Source of the DNA: a virus
Taxonomy: Duplodnaviria; Heunggongvirae; Uroviricota; Caudoviricetes
Virus record (IMG/VR): IMGVR_UViG_3300025597_000613
Coordinates: 87,495 to 151,494 of that record
Direction: 5' to 3' (one strand)
Length of the DNA stretch: 64,000 nucleotides
Below, piece after piece: positions 37,760-46,931 of the stretch; position 1 is the stretch's first letter, and each line of letters opens with the position of its first letter. Made by a program: the position numbers and the translations under genes. The notes under the pieces are model-generated. The model was not told where the DNA came from and did no database searches. It worked only from the letters and a program-made list of their open reading frames with translations.

Positions 37760-38791
37760 TTATGGAAATTGCAAGAACTTGGTTTTGTTATCGTAAAACC
37801 TTTTGACACCGACAAGACGTTCAAGCACTGCCCTGTCGACGACATCTTGCGTAAAGTCCTTTATTTTAGCAAGTTTTTCTGCATTTGTAAACGAATCAAG
37901 TTGTAGATCCTGCACATTCACTGAGGCGTCTGACAAAATTGACCCATAAATGGACGGTGTAAATGTTACATTTCCCTTTCCATAAATGATATTTCTGTAG
38001 TTTACACTGAAATCATAATTCTCGGAGGCAGGGTACAATGATACGATAGAATTAAAATTTCTTCCCGCACAATCTGTAACACCTAGTAATTCGATATTCG
38101 AATCTGAATGCACCTGGAATCTATTTTCATCTATGACGTTTGATGCTCCACGACCGAACATTGCATGTGTGTATGAAGAATTCTCCTGTGTTATTACATT
38201 TCTATAATTGAAAGAAATAGCACTGGAATTATTCTTATAGAATGTCGAAAGGGCCAACCTAGCCCTCGGCTGTAGAATGTAATTGACTACGGCGTTTAAA
38301 GCACATTGGCTCTCCACCTCCTCAACAATTTCTGCATCGAGATCTTCGCCGAGATTGAATACAAGAACTGAATTGTAGAAGGTTTCGTAATCAGTCCTAT
38401 ATTTGACATAGATGGGTTCATCCACCGGACCATTAATACTGAACATGGTATGATTCTGACACACCAAGTAGGCAATGGTAGAAAACGTCTCGGGATTATA
38501 GAGACTACGTGGGTTCTTATTTTCTTTATTCTCAAGTGAATTTGTTATGACCACATTCTTGTGATCATATAATTCCTTGCTAATATGAATTTCGTTACCC
38601 ATAATGATAACTGCTAATCCAGGAAGACCTGGATCCACAATCATCTGAGTCTTATTATTTTGAATATAGAAACGCTGCTCGAAAAATGTATCGAGGTTAG
38701 ATCTTTGATACTTATCCTGTGTGGCTGAGTAGAGGAGCTCTGGATAATATTTTCCGAGGAATGATTTTATTTGAATTAGAGTTGTCGACAT
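37760..38791 (-). CDS. SufD/SufB-like beta-helix protein (divergent)
   Basis: Repetitive short beta-strand pattern resembling the SufBD core; late promoter at 38815. Confidence 0.45.
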   Translation of the reverse strand: MSTTLIQIKSFLGKYYPELLYSATQDKYQRSNLDTFFEQRFYIQNNKTQMIVDPGLPGLAVIIMGNEIHISKELYDHKNVVITNSLENKENKNPRSLYNPETFSTIAYLVCQNHTMFSINGPVDEPIYVKYRTDYETFYNSVLVFNLGEDLDAEIVEEVESQCALNAVVNYILQPRARLALSTFYKNNSSAISFNYRNVITQENSSYTHAMFGRGASNVIDENRFQVHSDSNIELLGVTDCAGRNFNSIVSLYPASENYDFSVNYRNIIYGKGNVTFTPSIYGSILSDASVNVQDLQLDSFTNAEKLAKIKDFTQDVVDRAVLERLVGVKRFYDNKTKFLQFP

Positions 38792-38823
38792 GTATTTCTC
38801 GTATCACTACGAGATATTTATTG

Positions 38824-39141
38824 TTATAGTTCTTCGTAAGTGGCAGTTAGCGGAAATCCGTTGGCCCGTGCATATGCTACGGTCTCAAGAGTCTTCTCTT
38901 CGGCAATTTCCTTGGTGTAAGGAGAACCGGCGATGCCCTGTCCTTGAACGTGGATAGTCTGGGTCAGCAGAATAGCGTCTTCTACCGTTCTATGAAAAAT
39001 GCGAACCAAAACTTCAATCACAAACTGAAAGGTAGTCGAATCATCGTTATGGAGCAATACCTTATACATCTTAGGTATCTTTACCTGAATCGTGTCTTCA
39101 ACACGCTCAATAACTTCGATATCTGGTTGAGTTGTTGCCAT
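38824..39141 (-). CDS. clpS: Clp protease adaptor ClpS
   Basis: PKMYKVLLHNDDSTTFQFV...IH..G..IAG...EIAEEK...GFPL. Confidence 0.93.
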   Translation of the reverse strand: MATTQPDIEVIERVEDTIQVKIPKMYKVLLHNDDSTTFQFVIEVLVRIFHRTVEDAILLTQTIHVQGQGIAGSPYTKEIAEEKTLETVAYARANGFPLTATYEEL

Positions 39142-39150
39142 ATGGAAAAT

Positions 39151-39196
39151 CCCCGGGTTATAGGTTGATTCTACATTGCCCGGGGTCTAAAGTCAA
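39151..39196 (-). promoter_or_regulatory. sigma70 promoter inside an inverted repeat that covers the clpS SD
   Basis: TTGACT-N17-TAGAAT; arms CCCCGGG/CCCGGGG followed by ATTTT. Confidence 0.75.
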
Positions 39197-39202
39197 CTAA
39201 TC

Positions 39203-39613
39203 TTATTTGATAGCGATAAGCTTAGGTTGTGCTTCCTCGGGCACATTCTTCTTGAAGACGACAGTCAAAATACCATCTTCGAGTGTTGCTTCCGCAATCT
39301 CGAAGTATTCTGCCATCTTAAACTTCTTCTCAAAAGAACGCTTACCAATACCACGGAACTGGTACTGCTCTTCGGGCTGTGATTCCTTTACGCCCTTTAC
39401 AGTCAGTAGACTTTCGTGTTCCTCAAGTGTGATTTCACTCTTCCTAAATCCTGCAACAGCAAGTTCTAGAACAAGTTCGGTATCACTTCTCTTGATGATA
39501 TTGTGTGGTGGATAGCTTGTAGATTCAAATTGGAATTCCCTGAATAGGGGCCCGAAACCTACAGTTAGTTGGTCAAGTCTGTCAAATAGACGGTCAAATT
39601 CATTTCTAGACAT
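39203..39613 (-). CDS. Small heat shock protein (IbpA/Hsp20)
   Basis: YPPHNIIK...LELAVAGF...RGIGKRSFEKKF...A.LEDGILTV. Confidence 0.93.
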   Translation of the reverse strand: MSRNEFDRLFDRLDQLTVGFGPLFREFQFESTSYPPHNIIKRSDTELVLELAVAGFRKSEITLEEHESLLTVKGVKESQPEEQYQFRGIGKRSFEKKFKMAEYFEIAEATLEDGILTVVFKKNVPEEAQPKLIAIK

Positions 39614-39697
39614 AGAAATTTACTCCTTTTATAAGCAAGTTAGAATGCAGCCTTCTGCTGCTAAATTGAGGACCCTCACCATTGAGCGATCCTCAAA
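39614..39697 (-). promoter_or_regulatory. ROSE-like RNA thermometer leader
   Basis: Two upstream hairpins, then CUUGCU-UAUAAA-AGGAG pairing with a bulged G over the SD. Confidence 0.7.
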
Positions 39698-39712
39698 TTT
39701 ATTTATCTCTGA

Positions 39713-40534
39713 TTAGAGAGGGGTATACTTGAAACTTTTTACCCACATTGTGCGTTCGACAGCGATTGTGGCCTTTCCGCCCCAATCTTCGTTGTCGGTG
39801 CCCCAATGATTGATCATTACCTTGGCTGCCTCGGTCGGCACAACCTTGGTATGAGTTCCAATCAGAGCATTATCTCTGTAGAATTCAATTTTGCCCGGCA
39901 TCCAGACAAATTTATATGAATGAAACCCCTGATGTGGAAGATCATCATTCGATGCCGGCGCTACATCAGTATGTTCGTTCGGATTAGATTCACCCACCCA
40001 GCTTGTTAGTTGAGTTGCTCGATTTCTAATTCCACCCTCGACTTCAAAGTCAATTTCAGTCTTAGCACCATCAAGGTAGATAAAACATCCTGTAATGGAT
40101 CCACTTACAGGCGTACCCGGACCATCTGCGGTAGTTGCAGTGGAACTTGCGCGGGCAACCCATTCAAAAGTGCCATATTGGAAACTATCAACTGTGGCAA
40201 TTTCGGCACCCTTAGAGGATACGCCGTATGACATTGCCGCTTGATTCAATTTGAGACACAAAATTCCGTCTACAATTGAGACATTTTTTGCTAAAAACGT
40301 GCCCTTGTGCGTAGCTGAACCGCCCGGTGCTGTCCAGGTAGAAACCACCCATTTTGCAGGATCTAGCTTACCGGAAGAAAAATCTTCCACAAAGGTTGGT
40401 TCTTTTACCACTACGGGTGGTAATGGTGCCGGCGCGGGAGCCGGAATAGGTGCGGGTGCGGGAGCCGGAATAGGTGCCGGTGCCTTATTTCTTCCAAGTA
40501 ATTTATCTAACAGCCTTTTCAATGCTTTCATCAT
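39713..40534 (-). CDS. Glycoside hydrolase family 16 with an N-terminal Pro/Ala linker
   Basis: EIDFE catalytic motif, FHSYKFVW, INHWG; start MMKALK after GAGGA. Confidence 0.88.
   Translation of the reverse strand: MMKALKRLLDKLLGRNKAPAPIPAPAPAPIPAPAPAPLPPVVVKEPTFVEDFSSGKLDPAKWVVSTWTAPGGSATHKGTFLAKNVSIVDGILCLKLNQAAMSYGVSSKGAEIATVDSFQYGTFEWVARASSTATTADGPGTPVSGSITGCFIYLDGAKTEIDFEVEGGIRNRATQLTSWVGESNPNEHTDVAPASNDDLPHQGFHSYKFVWMPGKIEFYRDNALIGTHTKVVPTEAAKVMINHWGTDNEDWGGKATIAVERTMWVKSFKYTPL
40434..40477. repeat. 24-nt-period tandem repeat encoding APIPAPAP
   Basis: gcgggagccggaataggtgc at 40434 and 40458. Confidence 0.85.
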
Positions 40535-41288
40535 GTTTACATTCCTCGAGATTACCTGTCTCAACCATGGAGCGCAGGTCTGCAATCGTGCAGTTACCGT
40601 CAATATTTATCCGACGAATCTCCAAGGGAGACATACCTTTGGTATTTTTAGTGACAGAATTAACCATCACAGTTGATGAATACCCTGTGTTACCCGCAAA
40701 CTTCACAGCTTCGGGCCTACTATATCCAAACGGCCATGAGAGAGATGTAACAGGCTTACCGGTAACCTGTTCGAGAATAATCTTCGACATTGCAACCTCA
40801 CCTGCCATGATGCGAAAATCAATCTTATCAAGTTGTGTCTGCCATTCAAGAAAATGAGTATGCGTATGCGCACCAATCTCAAATCTATCATTCTGGGCAA
40901 GCGCCGATACTTCTTCTGCCGTCAGGTATTGCGGATCATCAAATGCCCCGCTAATGATATACAACGTGGCCTTTGAATTATAGGCATTCAAAGATTTAAC
41001 AGCGTTAAAGGTAGATCTCCAACCATCATCAATAGTAATTGCTACACTCTTCTCCGGAACGCGCAATTCACCCTTCATGAATTTTTCAACTTCTTTAATT
41101 GTAAGAGTGGTATATCCCTGATCCTTCAGGAATTTCACATGTTCCTCAAATCGAGATTTGCTAATAACGGTACCACCGGGATTTTTATCATCCGTAATTT
41201 GATGGTACATCAATACAGGAACAAATTGTTCGCTGGCAATTGAAATCTGAGAAATGAGTGAAAGTGCGGCTGCAATTACAATTTTCAT
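40503..41288 (-). CDS. Secreted polysaccharide deacetylase (CE4, IcaB/PgaB-like)
   Basis: Signal peptide MKIVIAAALSL; VLMYHQI, TIDDGW, GAHTHTH, WPFG. Confidence 0.9.
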   Translation of the reverse strand: MKIVIAAALSLISQISIASEQFVPVLMYHQITDDKNPGGTVISKSRFEEHVKFLKDQGYTTLTIKEVEKFMKGELRVPEKSVAITIDDGWRSTFNAVKSLNAYNSKATLYIISGAFDDPQYLTAEEVSALAQNDRFEIGAHTHTHFLEWQTQLDKIDFRIMAGEVAMSKIILEQVTGKPVTSLSWPFGYSRPEAVKFAGNTGYSSTVMVNSVTKNTKGMSPLEIRRINIDGNCTIADLRSMVETGNLEECKHDESIEKAVR

Positions 41289-41629
41289 TTGATTATTACT
41301 TTCGATGTGGAACAACAGTCCATTAGTTCTTGATAGACTTCAGGTTCTATATTGACACATCCGGCTGTAACTGTCACCCGGTGCTGTGCATACGGGCTTC
41401 TTAATCTTGCGATTCTCTGCTGACCTGGAATATCCAATACACGGTGGATGGCATAGACGCCATTCTCATCATGTTTGAAAACGAGAAGATCCCCGCCGTA
41501 GCGAGGATCTATGATCGAATAAGGGGCAAGAGTATATTCGCCCCTTGGTGTATCATAACCTACCAAAGCGTTATGACATGTTCCGGCAAAGCAGATTATC
41601 GCCGCAGCGATATCTACTAGTACCTCCAT
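41285..41629 (-). CDS. L,D-transpeptidase-like (YkuD) catalytic domain
   Basis: TPRGEY...AIHRV...TAGCVN. Confidence 0.7.
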   Translation of the reverse strand: MEVLVDIAAAIICFAGTCHNALVGYDTPRGEYTLAPYSIIDPRYGGDLLVFKHDENGVYAIHRVLDIPGQQRIARLRSPYAQHRVTVTAGCVNIEPEVYQELMDCCSTSKVIIK

Positions 41630-41632
41630 ATC

Positions 41633-41929
41633 TTAACCCTTAATACAGCCACGAACCTTTAGGATACCGCGATCCTTTGGTGTTAACTTCGCAAGTTCGG
41701 CCTTGGTAAGTTTATCAGCCGGAGGGCACAAAGGCTCAACAGGCTTCAGAACAACTGGCGCAGGTGCAGGTGCCGGTGCGGCAACTACTACTGGCGCAGG
41801 GGGTGGAGGTGGAGGGACCTCCTTAGGAATAACGGTTGCAACACCTACTGCCACGGCTACCGGTACAAGGACCGGAAAGCGCATCAGAAAGTTGACAACC
41901 GTTGCGTTACCAGCAACGGGCATTGTCAT
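41633..41929 (-). CDS. Membrane-anchored Pro-rich protein with a C-terminal Cys pair
   Basis: Hydrophobic segment, PPPPPPAP linker, C-x27-C. Confidence 0.7.
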   Translation of the reverse strand: MTMPVAGNATVVNFLMRFPVLVPVAVAVGVATVIPKEVPPPPPPAPVVVAAPAPAPAPVVLKPVEPLCPPADKLTKAELAKLTPKDRGILKVRGCIKG

Positions 41930-41938
41930 AATTTTTCC

Positions 41939-42397
41939 TTATTTCTTCAGATTCCAACCAAACCAGTAGCTGGCATAGACTTGCACGCCAGAACCGGAAA
42001 CAGGACCAGTGACTTCAGGACCGACATTGAAATGACGTTCATGAACTGCCTGAACACCGAGATTCAGCACACCGTGATCGAAATCACGAACAAGCTTTAC
42101 ACCGACCGCAGGAACCAACTTGTTGTTATAATCCAACTTATTCTTATCCATGCTATAGCCAAAAGAGGCATAGGTGTTGAGCTTCCACTTGTCAGAAACT
42201 TTCATCCAATCAATACCTTGCTCAACTTTACCCTGCAGGAGGATATTGTTGTCTTCCTTGGTGCCCTTAATAACACCGGGACTGAAGGTCAATTCAGACC
42301 AATTCGAACCAGGATAGCCCAGGGGCTCGGCGGCCATAGCACCCATCGACGCGAGAGCCAGAATGACACCGGCGATAGCAAAACGAGACTTCTTCAT
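41939..42397 (-). CDS. Small outer-membrane beta-barrel protein
   Basis: Signal peptide ending AMA; alternating amphipathic strands; C-terminal YASYWFGWNL. Confidence 0.75.
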   Translation of the reverse strand: MKKSRFAIAGVILALASMGAMAAEPLGYPGSNWSELTFSPGVIKGTKEDNNILLQGKVEQGIDWMKVSDKWKLNTYASFGYSMDKNKLDYNNKLVPAVGVKLVRDFDHGVLNLGVQAVHERHFNVGPEVTGPVSGSGVQVYASYWFGWNLKK

Positions 42398-42408
42398 AAT
42401 TACCTTTC

Positions 42409-43467
42409 TTAGTTAGTGTGTGAATCGAAACTGTACCTCTTGACTTTGTTCCATGCCAAGATTTCTTTACGCTGAATTACAATTTCGAAGAATGATTTCA
42501 TAAAAGCGTAGAAGTTATAAAACCCCAACCAGTAGTATACAGGATGTTTATAGATAACGTCAAGCCGTCCTGTACGCCAAGCACAATAACATGCAATCAA
42601 GAATGAAACACCATAATCAATTGCCATGATACCGAATAGCATCGGGGTGTAGAAAATACCTACAAGGGCCAACCAGAATAAACGATTAAAGATAACCGCA
42701 TCAAGTGTGAGCAAGATTAGATACCAATCAACCCGTTGCTTTTTGCTAAAACCGAAAACATTGTGCTTCTTAATGACTTGCCAGAATCCACGATACCATC
42801 GTGTCATCTGTTTTCCATAATCACGGAAGGTTGATGGATCCTGTGTATATACAATTGCATCCGGTACATATTCAACACGCTTTCCGTGCCTATGAACCTG
42901 CATGGTAAGATCCATATCTTCTGCCAGTGTCTTCGGATCAATGTCCAGTTCGGACAATACCTTTGTATTGTACATCGAAGAACAACCCGGGCCCACAAAT
43001 ACCACATTGAAATTAGATTGTCCCTGTTTTGCAATATCCTGACCATACGTATAATCATACGCACGGAGTGATGAAAACAGATGATTATTTTCTGCAGATT
43101 TAACCTGGCCGAGATAAAGACCCACATCGGGATTAGCTTCGGCAGCGCCACGCATCTTCATCATGAAGAGTGGATCAACTTTGGTATCACCGTCAAAGAA
43201 GATGATCCAATCATATCTCTTCAGTAATTGAAAATACACAAGTGCTTGGCGCTGGGCATTTGCCTTTCCGCCATTTTCCGGCACTGTATACACATTTACA
43301 CCCGTGGCGGATGCAAGCTTTGCTGTATTGTCTGTGGAGCGGTCATCCACAATATAGATATCGGATTTTGCACATCCAGAACGGATTAATGAATCAATTG
43401 TCGCCTCGATGACAACTTCTTCATTATACGCAGGGATTAAAACAGCAATAGTAGGAAATGTGTTCAA
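42409..43467 (-). CDS. Processive GT2 glycan synthase (IcaA/PgaC/NodC/BcsA-like)
   Basis: IPAYNEE, VDDRSTD, FFDGD, LAEDMD, QMTRW (D,D,D,QxxRW) and C-terminal TM helices; likely TTG start at 43467. Confidence 0.92.
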   Translation of the reverse strand: MNTFPTIAVLIPAYNEEVVIEATIDSLIRSGCAKSDIYIVDDRSTDNTAKLASATGVNVYTVPENGGKANAQRQALVYFQLLKRYDWIIFFDGDTKVDPLFMMKMRGAAEANPDVGLYLGQVKSAENNHLFSSLRAYDYTYGQDIAKQGQSNFNVVFVGPGCSSMYNTKVLSELDIDPKTLAEDMDLTMQVHRHGKRVEYVPDAIVYTQDPSTFRDYGKQMTRWYRGFWQVIKKHNVFGFSKKQRVDWYLILLTLDAVIFNRLFWLALVGIFYTPMLFGIMAIDYGVSFLIACYCAWRTGRLDVIYKHPVYYWLGFYNFYAFMKSFFEIVIQRKEILAWNKVKRYSFDSHTN

Positions 43468-43492
43468 GGCGTTACACCCGTAAATTTCCGTT

Positions 43493-43532
43493 ACTATAAA
43501 ATAAAAGAGGGCATACGTCAAGCCCTCTTTTT
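43493..43532 (-). promoter_or_regulatory. Terminator after rpsU overlapping the sigma70 promoter of the GT2 operon
   Basis: AAAAGAGGGC-TTGACGTAT-GCCCTCTTTT; TTGACG-N17-TATAGT with the -35 in the loop. Confidence 0.8.
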
Positions 43533-43549
43533 GTGCGATTGTTTACAGA

Positions 43550-43810
43550 TCAGTAGCGTTTATCTTTGTGCCACATACCTGCAGAGATCATTTCCTCGAC
43601 TGTTCTTTCCCAGCGTTTGCGAGCTTGCTTCTTCAGCCTCTGACGCTTTACAGCAGGTGGTTCGTAAGACATCCTATCTTTTACTTCCTTTAGGATGCCT
43701 GTATCTTGGACTTTTTTCGACCAGGTACGCAATGCACGACCGAAATCATCCCCACGGACCTCAACTGTGAGGCCCTTATGTCTCTTACCTTCTTTATATC
43801 GATTACTCAT
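43550..43810 (-). CDS. rpsU: Ribosomal protein bS21 homologue
   Basis: [43 protein letters not shown]. Confidence 0.85.
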   Translation of the reverse strand: MSNRYKEGKRHKGLTVEVRGDDFGRALRTWSKKVQDTGILKEVKDRMSYEPPAVKRQRLKKQARKRWERTVEEMISAGMWHKDKRY

Positions 43811-45035
43811 TATTTGCTCGTTTCGTTGAACGCTTTGTCTTGTATACATATTTCACTGCGCCGCGTGAATCTACTGCAACAGTCGAAACCCCATCTTTCG
43901 CTAACCTAGGCAGGGTAAATTGTACTGCCTGTAGATCTTTCTCAAGAATGGAGCGCAGACCACGTGCGCCAACCTTCTGTCGCAGACACTCCTCTGCAAC
44001 ATTCTGTAGGTATTTATCATCGAAGTCCAAAGTAACACCCTCATACTTGAAAAGTGCCTTAAATTGACTAATGATGCTATTCTTAGGTTCCTTCAAGATC
44101 TTAACAAGCATGTCAACGGTAAGGTCGTCGAAGACAACCGTTACAGGACAACGACCGACAAATTCAGGGATTAATCCATATTTTATAAAATCTTCAGGAA
44201 TAACACTTGATACAGTATCAGAGAATGAAGATTTTACATTCAGAGTTGCACCAATCCCGATGCTTGTCTTGGATCTATTCTTTCGAATTAGTTCATCCAG
44301 GCCAACAAATGCACCACTGCAAATAAACAATACGTCCTTTGTGTCAAATTCGATCTCGGAACCTTCGGCGTCTTCAAATTTAACAATTGTTCCTTCAATC
44401 ATTTTTAGAAGTGCCTGCTGAACACCTTCGCCGGAAACATCTCTACTTAATGTGGAGGATTCACTTTTTCTGGATTTCTTATCAATTTCATCAATAAAAA
44501 TAATGCCATGCTGAGCACGTTCTAAATCCTCTCCAGAATTTTCATAGAGCCTTTTGATAAGATTTTCTACGTCTTCACCGACATATCCTGCTTCGGTTAT
44601 CGTAGTAGCATCAGCAATTACATAGGGAATGTCATAAAGTCTTGAAATTGTTTTGACTGTAAGAGTTTTGCCAGAACCACTGGCACCCACCATTAACAGA
44701 TTTGATTTATCAATCTCTACATCTTTATTCTTGTTGTTTACTCTTTTGAAATGATTGTATACAGCAACAGAAATTGCAATTTTTGCTTTATCTTGCCCCA
44801 CGATATAATCGTCAAGATATGCCTTGATATCTTCCGGAGTAGGTAATTTTTCTTTCTTTTTCTTAGTAACCTTCTGTTCAGAATCCTGGGTTAATACATC
44901 ATGACTGAATTTAACACATTCATCGCAAATATACAGAAGGCTACCATTAAACATCGGGCCCTCAATCATGTGCTGAACTTCGTGTCTACCCTTACCGCAG
45001 AATGAGCAGGTGATATTCTTATTCTCTGTTGTCAT
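43803..45035 (-). CDS. clpX: ATP-dependent Clp protease ATP-binding subunit ClpX
   Basis: C4 zinc domain; GASGSGKT; AGYVGEDVE; [14 protein letters not shown]; IGF loop reads IGI. Confidence 0.95.
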   Translation of the reverse strand: MTTENKNITCSFCGKGRHEVQHMIEGPMFNGSLLYICDECVKFSHDVLTQDSEQKVTKKKKEKLPTPEDIKAYLDDYIVGQDKAKIAISVAVYNHFKRVNNKNKDVEIDKSNLLMVGASGSGKTLTVKTISRLYDIPYVIADATTITEAGYVGEDVENLIKRLYENSGEDLERAQHGIIFIDEIDKKSRKSESSTLSRDVSGEGVQQALLKMIEGTIVKFEDAEGSEIEFDTKDVLFICSGAFVGLDELIRKNRSKTSIGIGATLNVKSSFSDTVSSVIPEDFIKYGLIPEFVGRCPVTVVFDDLTVDMLVKILKEPKNSIISQFKALFKYEGVTLDFDDKYLQNVAEECLRQKVGARGLRSILEKDLQAVQFTLPRLAKDGVSTVAVDSRGAVKYVYKTKRSTKRANNE

Positions 45036-46674
45036 TTTTAAATTCCTTTATCCAACTTAGTGGTGTTAGATTACTTTGCTTAGGTACGGTTTCAGAATTC
45101 TCTGCTTCATTGCTGCCCGGCGCATCACCCACAACTTTATCCATTTCCTGTCCCTCTTCAGATAACGATGTAATTTCACCCGACGACGAATTCTCCGAAC
45201 TGTCGGTGGTGGTGAGGGATTTTTCCAATCGCTGAGGCTTCTTTTCTTCATCCAATGCCTGTGGTGTAAAATGTCGTGTGTTACCGACTAATTCTCTTAA
45301 TACTTCTTGCTGATGTGCCCAAGGAATAGCTCGATTATCTACAGGTAGATCTTCCTGATCCTCGAAGGTGGCGGCGGAAGTAATCGTCGACGCGCGAGGA
45401 ACCTGAAATACCCCATTGTTCTGCGTAGACCTGGTCCAGTATTCATCTTTGTAGAACTTCTCCACAATTGCTTTTTCTTTTTCATTTAACCCCGACACCT
45501 CTTCCGATTCTTGAGCAGGTATTTTCTTCGTGGTCCCGATATTAAGCTCAGTGGGGTCACTTTCACCGGGGACTTCTCCTCCCATCTCTTCCAGCACTTT
45601 GTCAGGCGCGGGCGACGCTGCCATATCGTGAGTGGTTTCGGGAGCCGTATTTTGTACGGTAGAATTTTCTTTTTCATCAGAAATTATATGTTTTTCCAAA
45701 GAGTTTGGAGATATCGACGTGTGTATCCCACCTTCCTCTTCATACTCAGATCTGCTATCCTCATCCCTAGTTCGAATGCTCGATACCCTCGATTGTTCGA
45801 TGTTTTTAATTGATTCTGAATAGATCGAATTCTGTTCCTCAACCACATTATTTCCAACCGTCGGTATGGTTCCCGAAGGCGTATATTCCTGAGGGCCGAG
45901 GGCCTGTCTGGTCTTTTCTTCTTTCTCATCCCTGCGCCTAATTAAAGTATGGTTGGCGGCAATTAATAGTGTAACCGCAAGTGGGTCAAGAGTCGATACA
46001 ATCAAGAGCGTAAATATCTTCACTGCACTTTCGAGCGTCTTATTGTTGCTATTTTCTGTTCCGTAGATTAATTCAGCAATATATCTTACCGGACCTACCT
46101 CCAGTTCCATAGCCCTTACCTCAGATTGGAGCTTTAGGCGTTCCTCACTGAGTAGATCAATTCTCTTGTTTGCTGCATCAATTTCTTCTCTCAATTGTTT
46201 ACGCTGAGGGGCCTGGCTTCGTCTTATTACCACAGACCTATCGGCTCTATCTTTTCCAAGATAGGAATTGATTGTTGCATCTAATTGTGCTATAACCTTT
46301 TCACTATCAGCAATAGTTTCTTTTTCTCTTGCTATCTGCTGATCAAGTCTTTCAATCTTCGGACCATTATCTAGTGTGGCAACACCTTGTTGAAGATGTG
46401 CCTTAGAAAGAAATCCAAACACACCGATGCTTGTTGCAAGCATAAGGGCTGCGGTGAAGATAATTAGTGGAAGTTTTAATGCCCAGGATGAGGATTTCCA
46501 ATTACGATATAACCAACTTGTGGTAACTAATTTTCCACCCTCGAGAACTACACCCATAATGAGTGCATGAATAGGTGCGCCTGCATAGATAGCCATGACA
46601 CCTATAATAGAAAACCAGCCCGCTACTGTTGCCAGTGAGAGAGCTGATAATAAAGTAAGAATTGCAAAAATCAT
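45019..46674 (-). CDS. Multi-TM coiled-coil protein with an acidic disordered tail
   Basis: Three N-terminal TM segments, coiled coil, further TM segment; CTAAATA 4 nt before the ATG. Confidence 0.75.
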   Translation of the reverse strand: MIFAILTLLSALSLATVAGWFSIIGVMAIYAGAPIHALIMGVVLEGGKLVTTSWLYRNWKSSSWALKLPLIIFTAALMLATSIGVFGFLSKAHLQQGVATLDNGPKIERLDQQIAREKETIADSEKVIAQLDATINSYLGKDRADRSVVIRRSQAPQRKQLREEIDAANKRIDLLSEERLKLQSEVRAMELEVGPVRYIAELIYGTENSNNKTLESAVKIFTLLIVSTLDPLAVTLLIAANHTLIRRRDEKEEKTRQALGPQEYTPSGTIPTVGNNVVEEQNSIYSESIKNIEQSRVSSIRTRDEDSRSEYEEEGGIHTSISPNSLEKHIISDEKENSTVQNTAPETTHDMAASPAPDKVLEEMGGEVPGESDPTELNIGTTKKIPAQESEEVSGLNEKEKAIVEKFYKDEYWTRSTQNNGVFQVPRASTITSAATFEDQEDLPVDNRAIPWAHQQEVLRELVGNTRHFTPQALDEEKKPQRLEKSLTTTDSSENSSSGEITSLSEEGQEMDKVVGDAPGSNEAENSETVPKQSNLTPLSWIKEFKNDNRE

Positions 46675-46705
46675 CTATTATTTAGCGTCAAAAAAGAGTT
46701 CCAGA

Positions 46706-46924
46706 TTATAGATTGAACTTACTGTTGCCTCTTCTTTTTTCATATTCGGCGCATAGACGCTTATAAGACCATCCATACCTTTCCAATTCAGCATCGGCAA
46801 TCTTTTCTTTTTCTTCGAAATGCATTCCGAAGGGTAGATTGTCTGTAATGCTTATGGATAGATCCAGGGCCTCCTCGAATGTCATGGCCCTGAGAGCAAT
46901 AAATAGATCATCCTCAGTTGACAT
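46706..46924 (-). CDS. Hypothetical protein
   Basis: 72 aa. Confidence 0.6.
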   Translation of the reverse strand: MSTEDDLFIALRAMTFEEALDLSISITDNLPFGMHFEEKEKIADAELERYGWSYKRLCAEYEKRRGNSKFNL

Positions 46925-46931
46925 ATCTATC

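Noticed and set aside
43468-43521. Longer GT2 start at TTG 43521
   Set aside because: That TTG is the -35 box inside the terminator loop, upstream of the predicted TSS.
11499-45035. Bacterial chromosome or chimeric contig as the explanation for host-like genes
   Set aside because: The host-like genes are interleaved and coupled with phage genes and share the same ATAAATA promoters and terminator style.
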